Shown here piece by piece: positions 55,310 through 64,000 of a DNA stretch of 64,000 bases; positions within the stretch are counted from its first letter, which is position 1, and the number at the start of each line of letters is the position of its first letter. The DNA is taken from the NCBI GenBank assembly GCA_016432365.1, contig CP066686.1, positions 64,355 to 128,354 on the forward strand, in the 5' to 3' direction. The position numbers and the translations under genes were made by a program. Origin of the DNA: Candidatus Woesebacteria bacterium (GTDB lineage: Bacteria > Patescibacteriota > Microgenomatia > UBA8517). A model generated the notes under the pieces. The model searched no databases and was not told the origin of the DNA. It was given only the letters and a program-made list of their open reading frames with translations.

Positions 55310-56101
55310 TTATTCTCGCCTTCCGTTAGCAAAACTTTCACTGGCCTCATCGTAAAATCTCTGAATAAGATACCTCAACTGAACCAGATTTAAGTAAGCA
55401 ATCCTGTCGGATGGATTGGCAATTTTTCCACGGCCATCTGCGCTGTCTCCAATTTTGTTTAACTCTGCGTCCGCAATTGCATTAGTTACCAGATCAGAAT
55501 ACCCCTTTTGATCAGCCACGTTTTGTTTTTCATCTATTTCCGAAAGAGCATTAATAACTTTTAGCAAAAAACTCCTATAAGCCAGTTCGTTTGAAGGGTT
55601 ACCTGCGGGATCAAAAAGAATTATGCTAAGCCTCTGACTTTCCGATTGCGGAATTATCAAACTGTATGACTCCGACTCCCCGCTTCCCCAATTTATCTGC
55701 TTTTCAAGAATTGCCTTTAGTAAATCGAGTTCTTCAACCTCAATAATCTCTATTTCTCCACTGGTATTTACACAAGCCAACGAAAGCACATCCTCACTAA
55801 ATTGATTACCGTTATCCCGATTGTCTATAGGCCTCGACATTTCAGTAAAATCGAAAGCTACCGGAGTGAATGAAAGCTCCTCAGTCGTTAAAGTCAAGGG
55901 TTGCGGGTCTACCCCTCTTTCCATTTCCCCCGCATTTGAAGTTAGTAGTCTCCTATTTGTGACCACGGTAGGATACCCGGCTTCGTCCCATCCAAAATGA
56001 AGAATTTGACCACGACCTCCCCTTCCAGCTACCTGGACAAGACCGAAAACATAATTTAGTTGTCTATTAGGCTGCCTAGTCTCAATTTCAATGTTTGCCA
56101 T
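55310..56101 (-). CDS. Hypothetical protein (263 aa), last gene of the minus-strand island operon
   Basis: An unassigned ORF with moderate GC and no SD. Confidence 0.4.
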   Translation of the reverse strand: MANIEIETRQPNRQLNYVFGLVQVAGRGGRGQILHFGWDEAGYPTVVTNRRLLTSNAGEMERGVDPQPLTLTTEELSFTPVAFDFTEMSRPIDNRDNGNQFSEDVLSLACVNTSGEIEIIEVEELDLLKAILEKQINWGSGESESYSLIIPQSESQRLSIILFDPAGNPSNELAYRSFLLKVINALSEIDEKQNVADQKGYSDLVTNAIADAELNKIGDSADGRGKIANPSDRIAYLNLVQLRYLIQRFYDEASESFANGRRE

Positions 56102-56183
56102 ATTTATTTTCTAAAAATATTTAAATGTAAATCCTGTTGCCGGGTAGTTTATATAAACCTATCCGGCAACAGAGTGTAACTTA

Positions 56184-57158
56184 CTATCCTTTATACCCCC
56201 GGGCATACTCATCGGCCTCGGCCAGCGTCGAGCGAACCGACTGATACTTCGCAACTTCCGCCGCAAACTTCTCCACCTCAGCCTGGGCAACTCCCTTGAT
56301 GGTTGCGGAATTCCCAATCTGATTGGCGGCAAGCGCATTGGCGCCGTAAAGCATGTTCTGAATTCGTTCCACGTTCCAGGTCATGTTTGCCAACTGCTTT
56401 AGAACCGCGTCAGGATCGCCGAGCTTGGCCTCCAGTTGTTCCATGAACGTGAGTTGTTTCAAGAGAAGAACAACATCCTCAGACTTCATGTCGAGAACAG
56501 GCAAGGTCGCCCAATCCAGAACAACCGGTGATTCGGCAGGAGCCGCGTAAGCGATCTTGCGGAATGCCGAACCGAGCTTGCCGCGCCAATAGGCAATTCC
56601 TGTTTCCGCGACCGGACGGGACTGCTCTTCCTTCCACAAATCGACAACCCTGATAACAGGCGGGTTTTTTGTCAGATCGTTGAAGAAATCGAACTGCCCG
56701 GCTACACGGTCTTGAATCTTCTGCGCCGGCGCTTGTGCGAGATCCTGTTCGTCAAACTCGGCCTTTGCAATGCGGTCAAGCTCCTCGAATGCCTCAGGAT
56801 TCATCTCCCGCGTGGTGCGCTTCGAGATTCTGTCCGCGAGTTCCATTCCCTGGTTAGCCACAACCACCAAACAATCAGCAATGGCTTTTTGCACCGAGGA
56901 AGGGGTCACGCCGTCGATCGACGCTTGCATCATTGTAAACGCCAGATCAACATCCAGTCCCAATCTGTTATTGGTGAGCAGGATGGCTGCAAGACGAACC
57001 TTACCCATGATCATTTTGAGATTGGGCACGTCCGCCACCCAGGCTTTTACCAGATCTTCTGCATCCAAAACCTGCGGTCCGGTTGCGGAAACTGGCTCGG
57101 CTACAGCCTGAACGGGCACCGCCGTGCCAGGTTTTTCGTCCTTACTTTTTGGGGTCAT
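56184..57158 (-). CDS. Hypothetical protein (324 aa), GC-rich, downstream of the E1 gene
   Basis: It has a strong SD (AAAAGGAGAAAACAATG) and no recognisable motifs. Confidence 0.45.
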   Translation of the reverse strand: MTPKSKDEKPGTAVPVQAVAEPVSATGPQVLDAEDLVKAWVADVPNLKMIMGKVRLAAILLTNNRLGLDVDLAFTMMQASIDGVTPSSVQKAIADCLVVVANQGMELADRISKRTTREMNPEAFEELDRIAKAEFDEQDLAQAPAQKIQDRVAGQFDFFNDLTKNPPVIRVVDLWKEEQSRPVAETGIAYWRGKLGSAFRKIAYAAPAESPVVLDWATLPVLDMKSEDVVLLLKQLTFMEQLEAKLGDPDAVLKQLANMTWNVERIQNMLYGANALAANQIGNSATIKGVAQAEVEKFAAEVAKYQSVRSTLAEADEYARGYKG

Positions 57159-57394
57159 TGTTTTCTCCTTTTAATCCAAAAGTATTGGTTTGAAACGACA
57201 AAGAGCGATTTGTGATAAAAATCACAAGCTTTTAGTAACCCAGGGAGTTTATAGGATAAAAGAAGAAAAATCAACTATGGGTTGAGGGTTTTTGCCAAAA
57301 AAAAGGTGGTACTGTTTTCTGAAATTAATCAGTAACAGTACCACCTGTCGTGCTAAGTCTCCAGACTAAACTGGATCATCCATATCGTGCGAAA

Positions 57395-57715
57395 TTACTC
57401 GCTGCGCTCTTCGCCTTCTTCAGTGGCCGCAAATTCCGTCTTTTTGACGGCAGCAGCAACTTGGCCGGGCTCGGGCTCAGGAGCGGACTCGGTGGGGGCA
57501 TCTTTGAAGGTCAAAGTGACCTTTTTGCCGCCATCAGGCTGATCTTCGAACTGGCATCCCGTGACGGCCGCCAACAGATCAATGCTCTCAGCAGTGATGT
57601 CGGGCATATCCTTCGGCGTCCAATTGACGACACCGTTTTCGTCGGCCTTGGCGAACAGGGCTTCCCATGTGGCAGCAGGGCCACCGGTCAAATTACCAGG
57701 CATGCGTGTGTTCAT
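57395..57715 (-). CDS. Hypothetical acidic protein (106 aa), GC-rich, immediately downstream of the E1 gene
   Basis: It has a strong SD (AAGGAGAAAAAAATG) and a Glu/Pro-rich C-terminus. Confidence 0.4.
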   Translation of the reverse strand: MNTRMPGNLTGGPAATWEALFAKADENGVVNWTPKDMPDITAESIDLLAAVTGCQFEDQPDGGKKVTLTFKDAPTESAPEPEPGQVAAAVKKTEFAATEEGEERSE

Positions 57716-57732
57716 TTTTTTCTCCTTGTGAA

Positions 57733-58665
57733 TCAGATGTTGGATGCGCTTGTAACATCATGCGTATGCGCAGTGCATTCGCTCCACCTTTCAAGCGCTA
57801 GAGGAAAGGTAGAATTCCGGATGAGGAGCGGAAACCGCCCATTTTCTTCCGGACCAAACATCATTGTCCTCTGCATCGAAAGCTTCGACTGCAGGGCAAT
57901 GTATTCGGAAAGTTCTCTCATGATATCCCCCTGGCGGAGCCTTCGAACTTCAACCCAGTCCTGGAAAGCGATCATCAAAACTGTAGGGTCGATTTTCTTG
58001 GTCGTGGCTACCACGTCCATGACGCTCATTGCCATCCAGTCGGCAATTATACCAACCGGGGCGCCCAAAGACGGAACAGCCTGCGGGGCTCCTTCAGGAC
58101 TACGAAACTGAGTCGGATCAAACCCGTAGTTTTGATCGGCCGGATGACCGGAATACTCCAAGTTTCCCAACGCTCCTTGTGCGCAGACAAAACATACTTT
58201 ATCGGGATGTGGCAAAGTAACAACCTGGCCGCCTTTCCCTTGAGCATATACAGAGCCGACAATCATCGGAATATTATGCTTCTCGCACCAGGCGCTGATC
58301 CTGTATTTAACGTCCTCGTCATCTACAGAGACAATTGCAGCGGCTGCGTCGGTGTGTTCCTCAAAGATCGCTTCGGCATCACCAACGTGGGCAATAACTT
58401 TCTCACCCGGTACGCCGTGCTCGATAAGGGTTTCCCGACAGCCGATTGCTTTGGGCTTACCGATCCACGATTCGTCCAACCAGTGTCTCTCGATGTTCTC
58501 GACTTTCAGGTTTTTAGGGTCAGCAATTACGATTTGTCGCCACCACGGGTAGGCAAGTTTTGACATCGCCCAACTGCCGACACTTCCCGCGCCCCAAAAA
58601 ACCAGCTTCGAAGCTTTGACTTTACTCAAGTCATAGACATTCGGAAATCGTGCCGGTCCGTTCAT
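57733..58665 (-). CDS. ThiF/MoeB-type E1-like ubiquitin-activating enzyme homolog (BilD-like)
   Basis: It has the Rossmann motif LVFWGAGSVGSWAMSKLA...IVIADPKNLKVENIERH (the GxGxxG...D...N[LI]xR[QH] pattern of ThiF/E1) and a CxxC pair (VCFVCAQG). The start overlaps the JAB gene stop (ATGA). Confidence 0.75.
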   Translation of the reverse strand: MNGPARFPNVYDLSKVKASKLVFWGAGSVGSWAMSKLAYPWWRQIVIADPKNLKVENIERHWLDESWIGKPKAIGCRETLIEHGVPGEKVIAHVGDAEAIFEEHTDAAAAIVSVDDEDVKYRISAWCEKHNIPMIVGSVYAQGKGGQVVTLPHPDKVCFVCAQGALGNLEYSGHPADQNYGFDPTQFRSPEGAPQAVPSLGAPVGIIADWMAMSVMDVVATTKKIDPTVLMIAFQDWVEVRRLRQGDIMRELSEYIALQSKLSMQRTMMFGPEENGRFPLLIRNSTFPLALERWSECTAHTHDVTSASNI

Positions 58666-59621
58666 AACTCACCTCTTGCTTCAAGTTTGAATATGGCCTC
58701 GATCAAATCCTCGCCGGGACTCCACAAAGGGCCTTCTAACAGCCTTTTTGAATTATAGTCACCTTGCTCGGTAGCTGATTTGCCTTCTAAGGCGTCTACG
58801 CTAAACTTTGGTGCCGCCTCGGGATAGTTCCAGGGTGTAACAATGTACAAAGTTCCACGCCAGACTTTTTCTTTTGTGACTTTAAAAACTATCTCCTGTG
58901 GCGGACCATCGCGAACATCGCGATATGAGACTTCAACTTCGGCGCCATAGTTAGTGATGTGCCTTAACTGCTCAAAATAGTCAGCGTCATTTGTAAATTG
59001 CCATCCCAAAGGAGGCAACATTGGCGCAGACTTGGCTTCAATGATGGTCGGGGTGACTGTAATGGGTTCGGTGATACCCATAGCCGCCATGGCTTTTGAG
59101 TAATAATAAAACACGATCCGAACCCTGGTGAACTCATTTACATCGACATAACCGGAGGTAGCCTTAAATTTCCAGTCTCCCGGGTTTAGAATTAAAACGA
59201 GAGGTCCTACAGCAACTTCCAACCCGTCTACGTTGATTGCATCCTTGATGGATTGTATATCAGTTCCGCTGTATTGGTTGAAATTCAAAGTGTGGTGGCT
59301 GTGCCCTTTATAAAGATACGCACACTTTCCACCTGGTTTTGAACCGAGTTTTTTTCGAAAAAGACCCTCGTTGGCGGTTAACCATATAAGCGCCTCTTTC
59401 TGACCGTCACCACCAAATGCAAGTTTGGCGTATCCTTTTTCAATATCTTCAGGGATCGGTTGGATAATATGAGTAACAATCACCGACTGGTGATCGTCCA
59501 TTATCACACCCCATAAACCGAAACCCGTTTCAATCGCAGGATTGGCTAAAACCTCGTTTACCATGGCGATAGCAGCACCTTTGGTCACTAAAATTCGCGG
59601 CCGTTTGGCTGTAATTTCCAT
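58662..59621 (-). CDS. JAB/MPN (JAMM) metallopeptidase, deubiquitinase-like, with a ~170-aa C-terminal domain (BilC-like)
   Basis: It has the JAMM motif: a Glu (IETGFGLWG), then HSHHTLNFNQYSGTD matching H-x-H-x(7-10)-S-x-x-D. It has a strong SD. Confidence 0.75.
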   Translation of the reverse strand: MEITAKRPRILVTKGAAIAMVNEVLANPAIETGFGLWGVIMDDHQSVIVTHIIQPIPEDIEKGYAKLAFGGDGQKEALIWLTANEGLFRKKLGSKPGGKCAYLYKGHSHHTLNFNQYSGTDIQSIKDAINVDGLEVAVGPLVLILNPGDWKFKATSGYVDVNEFTRVRIVFYYYSKAMAAMGITEPITVTPTIIEAKSAPMLPPLGWQFTNDADYFEQLRHITNYGAEVEVSYRDVRDGPPQEIVFKVTKEKVWRGTLYIVTPWNYPEAAPKFSVDALEGKSATEQGDYNSKRLLEGPLWSPGEDLIEAIFKLEARGEL

Positions 59622-59630
59622 TTTTCCTCC

Positions 59631-60215
59631 TTACCAGCCGTGCTTATCGTAGTGCCATACAGCCCAATCGAAAAAGGCCTGCATGAAACTGATTATGGTA
59701 TCGCGGCCCTTGACCCAGTCGTCCGAATCGGCAAAAAAGCATACCCACCCGTTTTCATACATGTGGTTTGAATGCATATCGCCGTCAAAGCGTTTGTAAC
59801 GTGGGTCGTCTATCCGAACGTGTGGCGGCTTATACGGCCACCTAGGGTCAAATCTGATCTCGACCCATTTGTCGATAAGAAGTTCGGGCGGGCGAGGTTG
59901 GCGCCTAAGTTGGGGTCTGTCCCTGAAAACCCGCATTTTGAACTGCAACAGCGGCTGCGGTTCACCATCAACTTGGACAAAATCTCCCCATTTGAATTGG
60001 TCAACATAAACCTGTAAACCTGCGTCCTTGTAAATTCTGGGAACACCGGTTCCGTTCTCTTCCCCTACAACCTTGGTTTTTTTTAAATAAAACCAATCCC
60101 TTATCGACTTGATCACGGCTGCATAGGAATAAAGGGGGTCGCCTTTGGTAAAGTTGGCCCGCGCTTTTTTAGGATCCCAAGATCCTGGAAAATCTGTAAA
60201 CCAGTTGGTTGTCAT
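59631..60215 (-). CDS. Ubiquitin-conjugating E2-like enzyme (UBC fold; BilB-like)
   Basis: It has IRFDPRWPYKPPHVRI...HSNHMYENGWVCFF, which matches the canonical UBC signature FPxxYPFKPPKVxF...HPNIxxxGxICL with the catalytic Cys. It has a strong SD. Confidence 0.75.
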   Translation of the reverse strand: MTTNWFTDFPGSWDPKKARANFTKGDPLYSYAAVIKSIRDWFYLKKTKVVGEENGTGVPRIYKDAGLQVYVDQFKWGDFVQVDGEPQPLLQFKMRVFRDRPQLRRQPRPPELLIDKWVEIRFDPRWPYKPPHVRIDDPRYKRFDGDMHSNHMYENGWVCFFADSDDWVKGRDTIISFMQAFFDWAVWHYDKHGW

Positions 60216-60230
60216 ATTCTCCTCGCTTTT

Positions 60231-60806
60231 TTAGATATCGTTCATTGATACTGTAACATCCGCCGTCCGTTGAATTCTGGCGTTGGCTCTTAAAGTCCCA
60301 TCGGGGTTAAGATTGCCAACAATTGATCCTACTGTCGGAACTATTGTGAGTTCGAAGGATGTTAGTTTGAAATACTTGGAACTCCCCAAAAAATCCGAAA
60401 TGGTAGATTTCTTTACTACTCCTAAAACTTTTTTGCCAAAAAGAACGGCTGATGCTTCCACTGTCCAAAGTCCGGCCATATCGTCACCGCGAGAATATTG
60501 GGTTAAATCTGCTACATCTTTGGCGGTGAAAAGCAGTTTACTGTCAGCTCTCTTTGCGAGTCTTGAAGTGTGAATCTGCCGACCGTCCTTAAGTGTGGTA
60601 AATTTTATGCCCAAAAAAACTACCGATTGGGGAAGAGGGCTAAGTTCAACCTGTAAGACAGGCTGGAAAGCGAAAACTCCCTTAATCGTTTCCAGGTCGA
60701 TTTCCAGAAAGTTCGTAACTTTGCCGGAAAGCGCCTTGTTAATCTGGCTGGGCGTATCCAAAACGTTGATTCCAAAAAAGGTTGGGTTAATTCTGAGGTC
60801 TGTCAT
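60231..60806 (-). CDS. First gene of the E2/JAB/E1 operon, in the position of the Ubl/BilA component; Ubl identity unverified
   Basis: It is 191 aa with a strong SD (AAGGAGGAGTAAATG) and sits immediately upstream of the E2. There is no C-terminal Gly-Gly (it ends ...SMNDI), so it may be a pro-form or a different component. Confidence 0.35.
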   Translation of the reverse strand: MTDLRINPTFFGINVLDTPSQINKALSGKVTNFLEIDLETIKGVFAFQPVLQVELSPLPQSVVFLGIKFTTLKDGRQIHTSRLAKRADSKLLFTAKDVADLTQYSRGDDMAGLWTVEASAVLFGKKVLGVVKKSTISDFLGSSKYFKLTSFELTIVPTVGSIVGNLNPDGTLRANARIQRTADVTVSMNDI

Positions 60807-60956
60807 TTACTCCTCCTTTCTTCGGAGTTTTTAGATATGGATGATGTTAACGAACAAGATAACGAAGAGCGATTCTACCACAACCCTCCTGTAGGAGTCA
60901 ATATTATGGGCCAGATTAAAAATGCCTTTTTTGCTCATTTAGGTTAAAATATTTAA

Positions 60957-62165
60957 ATGCCCGAGCGCCTTGCCTATCAAAGCGAAAACCATGAGTCGAC
61001 CAAATACGGAGAGGCTCTAACAATAGTGAGTGCCCCTTTTGGAAAACCTGTAAATAACGAAGAACTTTTAGCCCTAGCGCTTGATCTGGGCTTGCCTGTT
61101 AAAGAGATGGAAAATGCCAGGCATGCAATTACAGCAACCGGTTTCACCAACCGTTTCTCGAGTAATCCCCCTGAAGAGGAACCAAACACAGATTTGGCAA
61201 TCAAAGGCAGCATTGAAAACGGGGCCAAACTTCTTACAGAAATTATGAAAAGTCATGGGTGGACAGACGGAATAGACGTTTTTATAGACACGTCCGCGTT
61301 TCTCCCAAATTCTATCAATAAAGAAATTTTAGCCCTGGCCGGATTAAACCCTGACCACGTTGTTTCAAAATCTTACCGATACGCCTGTGCCGGGGCAGTT
61401 GGAGCCTTTATCGACTGCCTATCAGATCCGGCTCTTAAAAACACGCGTATTGTGATCGCCGCACTTGAACCACTAAGTTATGTCATAGACAAGTCCCATT
61501 TTCACTCCCCCAAATCAATTTCTATACCTGCCATATTCGGAGATGCAAACACCCTAATTGCTTTTACTCCGAATCGATTTCACCTGGATGTCAAACAAAT
61601 ATTAATCCAGCCTGACCACGGTGTAATAAAACTTAATACTCTCTACGATTTTGGTCAGATGCCTTCAAACCCTGCATCCACACCTTCACATTACCGATTT
61701 GGAGAAGGTGGTGAGTCCATCTTCCGATACTCAGAAAGTGGAGCCTATCTTAAAATTGAATCCCCCGGACAGGGAGCGTCGCTTTCAATGGATGGTATGG
61801 CCACAGGTTTTTTCTTTGGAGACCAAACAGCCTCAGTTATTACCGATCTTATTTTAGAACATGGTGACACGGACATTTTAAGAAAACTAAACGGAAAAAA
61901 TATTATTATGCACTCGGCTAGTAAACCGGTCGTAGACCGCATAGCCAAACTTTTACGTAGAAGTGAACATCGATTTTTAGATACTCCCGAACTTCCTTTT
62001 CTAATGGATAAAGCCAGACAATCAAATGGGAGTAGTGCCACGACCCTAAACAGATGGCAGTATATGATTAAAAACAACATGATGGATGCGGATTTACCAA
62101 TGCTTTGGATTGCACCCGGAATAGGGTCAGCCATCGCCGGAGCTATCGGTACAATTAACCCCTGA
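60957..62165 (+). CDS. Thiolase-fold condensing-enzyme-like protein (FabH/KAS III-like)
   Basis: It has YRYACAGAV (Cys nucleophile region) and MHSASKPV (His); length is 402 aa. The assignment is tentative. Confidence 0.4.
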   Translation: MPERLAYQSENHESTKYGEALTIVSAPFGKPVNNEELLALALDLGLPVKEMENARHAITATGFTNRFSSNPPEEEPNTDLAIKGSIENGAKLLTEIMKSHGWTDGIDVFIDTSAFLPNSINKEILALAGLNPDHVVSKSYRYACAGAVGAFIDCLSDPALKNTRIVIAALEPLSYVIDKSHFHSPKSISIPAIFGDANTLIAFTPNRFHLDVKQILIQPDHGVIKLNTLYDFGQMPSNPASTPSHYRFGEGGESIFRYSESGAYLKIESPGQGASLSMDGMATGFFFGDQTASVITDLILEHGDTDILRKLNGKNIIMHSASKPVVDRIAKLLRRSEHRFLDTPELPFLMDKARQSNGSSATTLNRWQYMIKNNMMDADLPMLWIAPGIGSAIAGAIGTINP

Positions 62166-62204
62166 AAATTGGACTGCTTCAAGAAAATGTTGTATTAATA
62201 GTTA

Positions 62205-63296
62205 ATGGTTGAAAATCTCAAAGCCAGGGGAACAGGGGTTATGCTCCCCCACGGTGGTCTGCCAGAAGTCCTTCCACCTTATTTAGTAAAATTAATTTCT
62301 GAGACAGGTGGTCCGGAAGGTCCGATCGGGCTTCAATTTGTAGCCAGACCCACTCTGGAACTTTCCCAATACGATTACAAAGAAAGTGACCCACTGCTTG
62401 AGGATTTCAACGAAGTATCTCCAGGGCTTGTTTATAAATATCGGGCAGGAAAAGATTCTGAAGGTCACTCTTATGCTGGAAGGGCTTTGTTTACAATAAC
62501 CCGCAACTGCGCAGCCTATTGTAGATACTGCACACGAGGAAGAGAGGTTGGAATCCCTGCAAATCAACAGGGCGAACTTTCCGGGACGTTGTCGCACACG
62601 CCACATCTTTCCAAAGAGCAAATCGATCAATCTCTCGAATTTATCCGAAATGAGTATGGTTTAAATGAAGTTATTCTTTCAGGTGGAGACCCCCTTACTG
62701 TTAGGCCTGAAGTTCTAAGCTATGTAACCGAAAAACTCGGAGAAATGCAAAGAGAAGGGAAACTTAGTATCGTAAGAATTGGAACACGGGTCCCAATCCA
62801 CAACCCACTTCTTATTAAGGAAGCACATTTTGAAGCACTCAAAAAGTTAAGAAACCCTCGCTTTATGATTCATGCTAATCATATCCTCGAATTAACCCCA
62901 GAAGCCCTTTCGGTTTTACAAAGGCTTAGAAAAGACTGTAACGGAGTTGTCATGAGCCAAACCGTACTTCTAAAGGGAGTAAATGATAATGTGGAAGTTT
63001 TATATAACCTCTTTACCAAGTGGGCTGAGGAGGGGTTTATCCCCTATTATGTCTTTCAAAATGATGCTGTCTCTTGGGCCAAGCATTTCACTGTTCCAAT
63101 TCAAGATGCAATTTCCCTTTGGCAAAAAATGCGTCCAAGGCTTTCAGGAGTAGCCGCAACTGCGCGTTTTGTGATTGACGTTGAAAGCGGATACGGAAAA
63201 GTGGCAGTTCCTGAAGCTGGGGCATGGAATATAATTTTTTCTGACGGGTTTAGAGACTTTAAGGGAACAAGGTTTGACCTTGGAGTTGCTGAATGA
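62205..63296 (+). CDS. KamA-family radical SAM protein (lysine 2,3-aminomutase/EpmB-like)
   Basis: It has the [11 protein letters not shown] CxxxCxxC radical-SAM motif in the KamA arrangement; length is 363 aa. Confidence 0.75.
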   Translation: MVENLKARGTGVMLPHGGLPEVLPPYLVKLISETGGPEGPIGLQFVARPTLELSQYDYKESDPLLEDFNEVSPGLVYKYRAGKDSEGHSYAGRALFTITRNCAAYCRYCTRGREVGIPANQQGELSGTLSHTPHLSKEQIDQSLEFIRNEYGLNEVILSGGDPLTVRPEVLSYVTEKLGEMQREGKLSIVRIGTRVPIHNPLLIKEAHFEALKKLRNPRFMIHANHILELTPEALSVLQRLRKDCNGVVMSQTVLLKGVNDNVEVLYNLFTKWAEEGFIPYYVFQNDAVSWAKHFTVPIQDAISLWQKMRPRLSGVAATARFVIDVESGYGKVAVPEAGAWNIIFSDGFRDFKGTRFDLGVAE

Positions 63297-64000
63297 AGGA
63301 ACAACCACAAAAAGTAAAAGAGAACTATGCTGAAAAATATGGCTTTCATGATCCCGAACATAATGTATTTAAATCTGGCCGAGGGCTATCCCAAGAAGTA
63401 GTAGAAAACATCTCCAAAATGAAAGGCGAGCCCAAATGGATGCTCGATTTTCGCCTTAAAGCACTCACTCATTTCCAATCACGGCCAATGCCAACATGGG
63501 GACCAGACCTTTCTGGACTTAACCTCAACGAAATGTTTTTCTATGTAAAACCTACGGAAAAAAGCGAAAAATCATGGGACGACATTCCCAACGACATCAA
63601 AAAAACCTTTAACAAACTTGGTGTACCTGAAGCAGAGCAGAAATTTCTTGCAGGAGTAGGAGCTCAATATGAAAGTGAGATGGTATACCACTCCATTCAG
63701 GAACATCTTGAAAAACTCGGGGTAGTTTTCCTTTCGATTGAAGACGGTTTAAAGAAACACCCCGATCTCTTCCGCGAATACTTCGGCTCGGTTATACCCA
63801 TCGAAGATAACAAATTCGCAGCCCTCAATAGTGCGGTCTGGTCGGGTGGATCTTTTGTATATGTTCCAAAGGGAGTGAAAGTAGATTTGCCGCTCCAAGC
63901 ATATTTTCGACTTAATACTGCAAATCTGGGACAATTCGAACGCAGTTTAATTATAGTTGACGAAGGAGCATCGGTTCACTATGTGGAAGGATGCACCGCC
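63293..64000 (+). CDS. sufB: Fe-S cluster assembly protein SufB (partial, 3' end outside the window)
   Basis: Translation from the ATG at 63293 gives [58 protein letters not shown]..., typical of SufB. The ATGA overlaps the kamA-like stop. It is not in the ORF track because no stop lies in the window. Confidence 0.8.
   Translation, partial: MKEQPQKVKENYAEKYGFHDPEHNVFKSGRGLSQEVVENISKMKGEPKWMLDFRLKALTHFQSRPMPTWGPDLSGLNLNEMFFYVKPTEKSEKSWDDIPNDIKKTFNKLGVPEAEQKFLAGVGAQYESEMVYHSIQEHLEKLGVVFLSIEDGLKKHPDLFREYFGSVIPIEDNKFAALNSAVWSGGSFVYVPKGVKVDLPLQAYFRLNTANLGQFERSLIIVDEGASVHYVEGCTA

Noticed and set aside
57350-58111. Plus-strand 253-aa ORF across the E1 gene region
   Set aside because: It is antisense to the E1 gene, which has clear ThiF motifs and operon context. 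GC-rich DNA routinely yields long spurious antisense ORFs.
55310-60806. Type II CBASS (Cap2/Cap3 with a CD-NTase)
   Set aside because: E1 and E2 are separate proteins rather than a Cap2 fusion. No ORF shows the CD-NTase GS...[DE]x[DE] nucleotidyltransferase motif, and no obvious effector (patatin, TM, endonuclease) is present, so the Bil-like/6E-type interpretation fits better.
60283-60834. Plus-strand ORFs (60283..60573, 60595..60834) as alternatives to the minus-strand first gene of the operon
   Set aside because: They are shorter, have no SD and run antisense to an ORF with a strong SD that is tightly spaced ahead of the E2 gene.
1-64000. rRNA genes
   Set aside because: No stretch resembles 16S/23S/5S conserved blocks. 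The non-coding sequence is limited to short spacers, tRNAs and the candidates noted above.

Overview
This is a low-GC (~38%) bacterial segment with minus-strand operons dominated by reduced-genome housekeeping genes. The translation/proteostasis and nucleotide-metabolism genes are FtsH, TrpRS, EF-P with EpmA and an EpmB-like protein, and B12-dependent NrdJ with NrdR and a PduO-type adenosyltransferase. The carbon-metabolism genes are class I aldolase, a short archaeal-type TIM, a short PGK, GAPDH, Rpe, RpiB and a split transketolase. The cell-wall and remaining genes are two tandem class A PBPs and SufB. These features (class I aldolase, archaeal-type TIM, free-standing four-helix-bundle '23S IVS' proteins, split tkt, few SD sites) fit a CPR/Patescibacteria-like or similarly streamlined lineage. 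Four things stand out. (1) At about 53.3-60.8 kb there is a GC-rich (~50-55%) island whose genes all carry strong AGGAG Shine-Dalgarno sites, unlike the host genes; it encodes a compact operon of a 191-aa Ubl-position protein (Ubl identity unverified), a UBC-fold E2, a JAB/MPN metallopeptidase and a ThiF-type E1. This matches the order and content of bacterial ubiquitin-like conjugation defence systems (Bil-like), and unknown genes lie downstream. (2) A tRNA hotspot at 6.1-10.6 kb holds tRNA-Trp, two CAT-anticodon tRNAs, a tyrosine recombinase and a GC-rich Trp-rich protein. It also holds an unusual locus where a complete tRNA (anticodon UAU) sits inside the anticodon-loop interruption of a second tRNA whose two halves still have matching acceptor stems; the insert is flanked by 13-bp inverted repeats. 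(3) A dispersed family of CTAG-rich palindromic repeats (core TAGATACTAGTATCTA) occupies at least seven short gaps between minus-strand genes, and two copies flank a free-standing four-helix-bundle gene. (4) TrpRS carries an N-terminal YbaK/ProX-like deacylase-type extension next to a CsaA-like tRNA-binding protein and tRNA-Trp. A GC-rich structured leader lies ahead of a B12-uptake-like gene pair, and there is an NrdR-box palindrome. No rRNA genes or CRISPR arrays are present.
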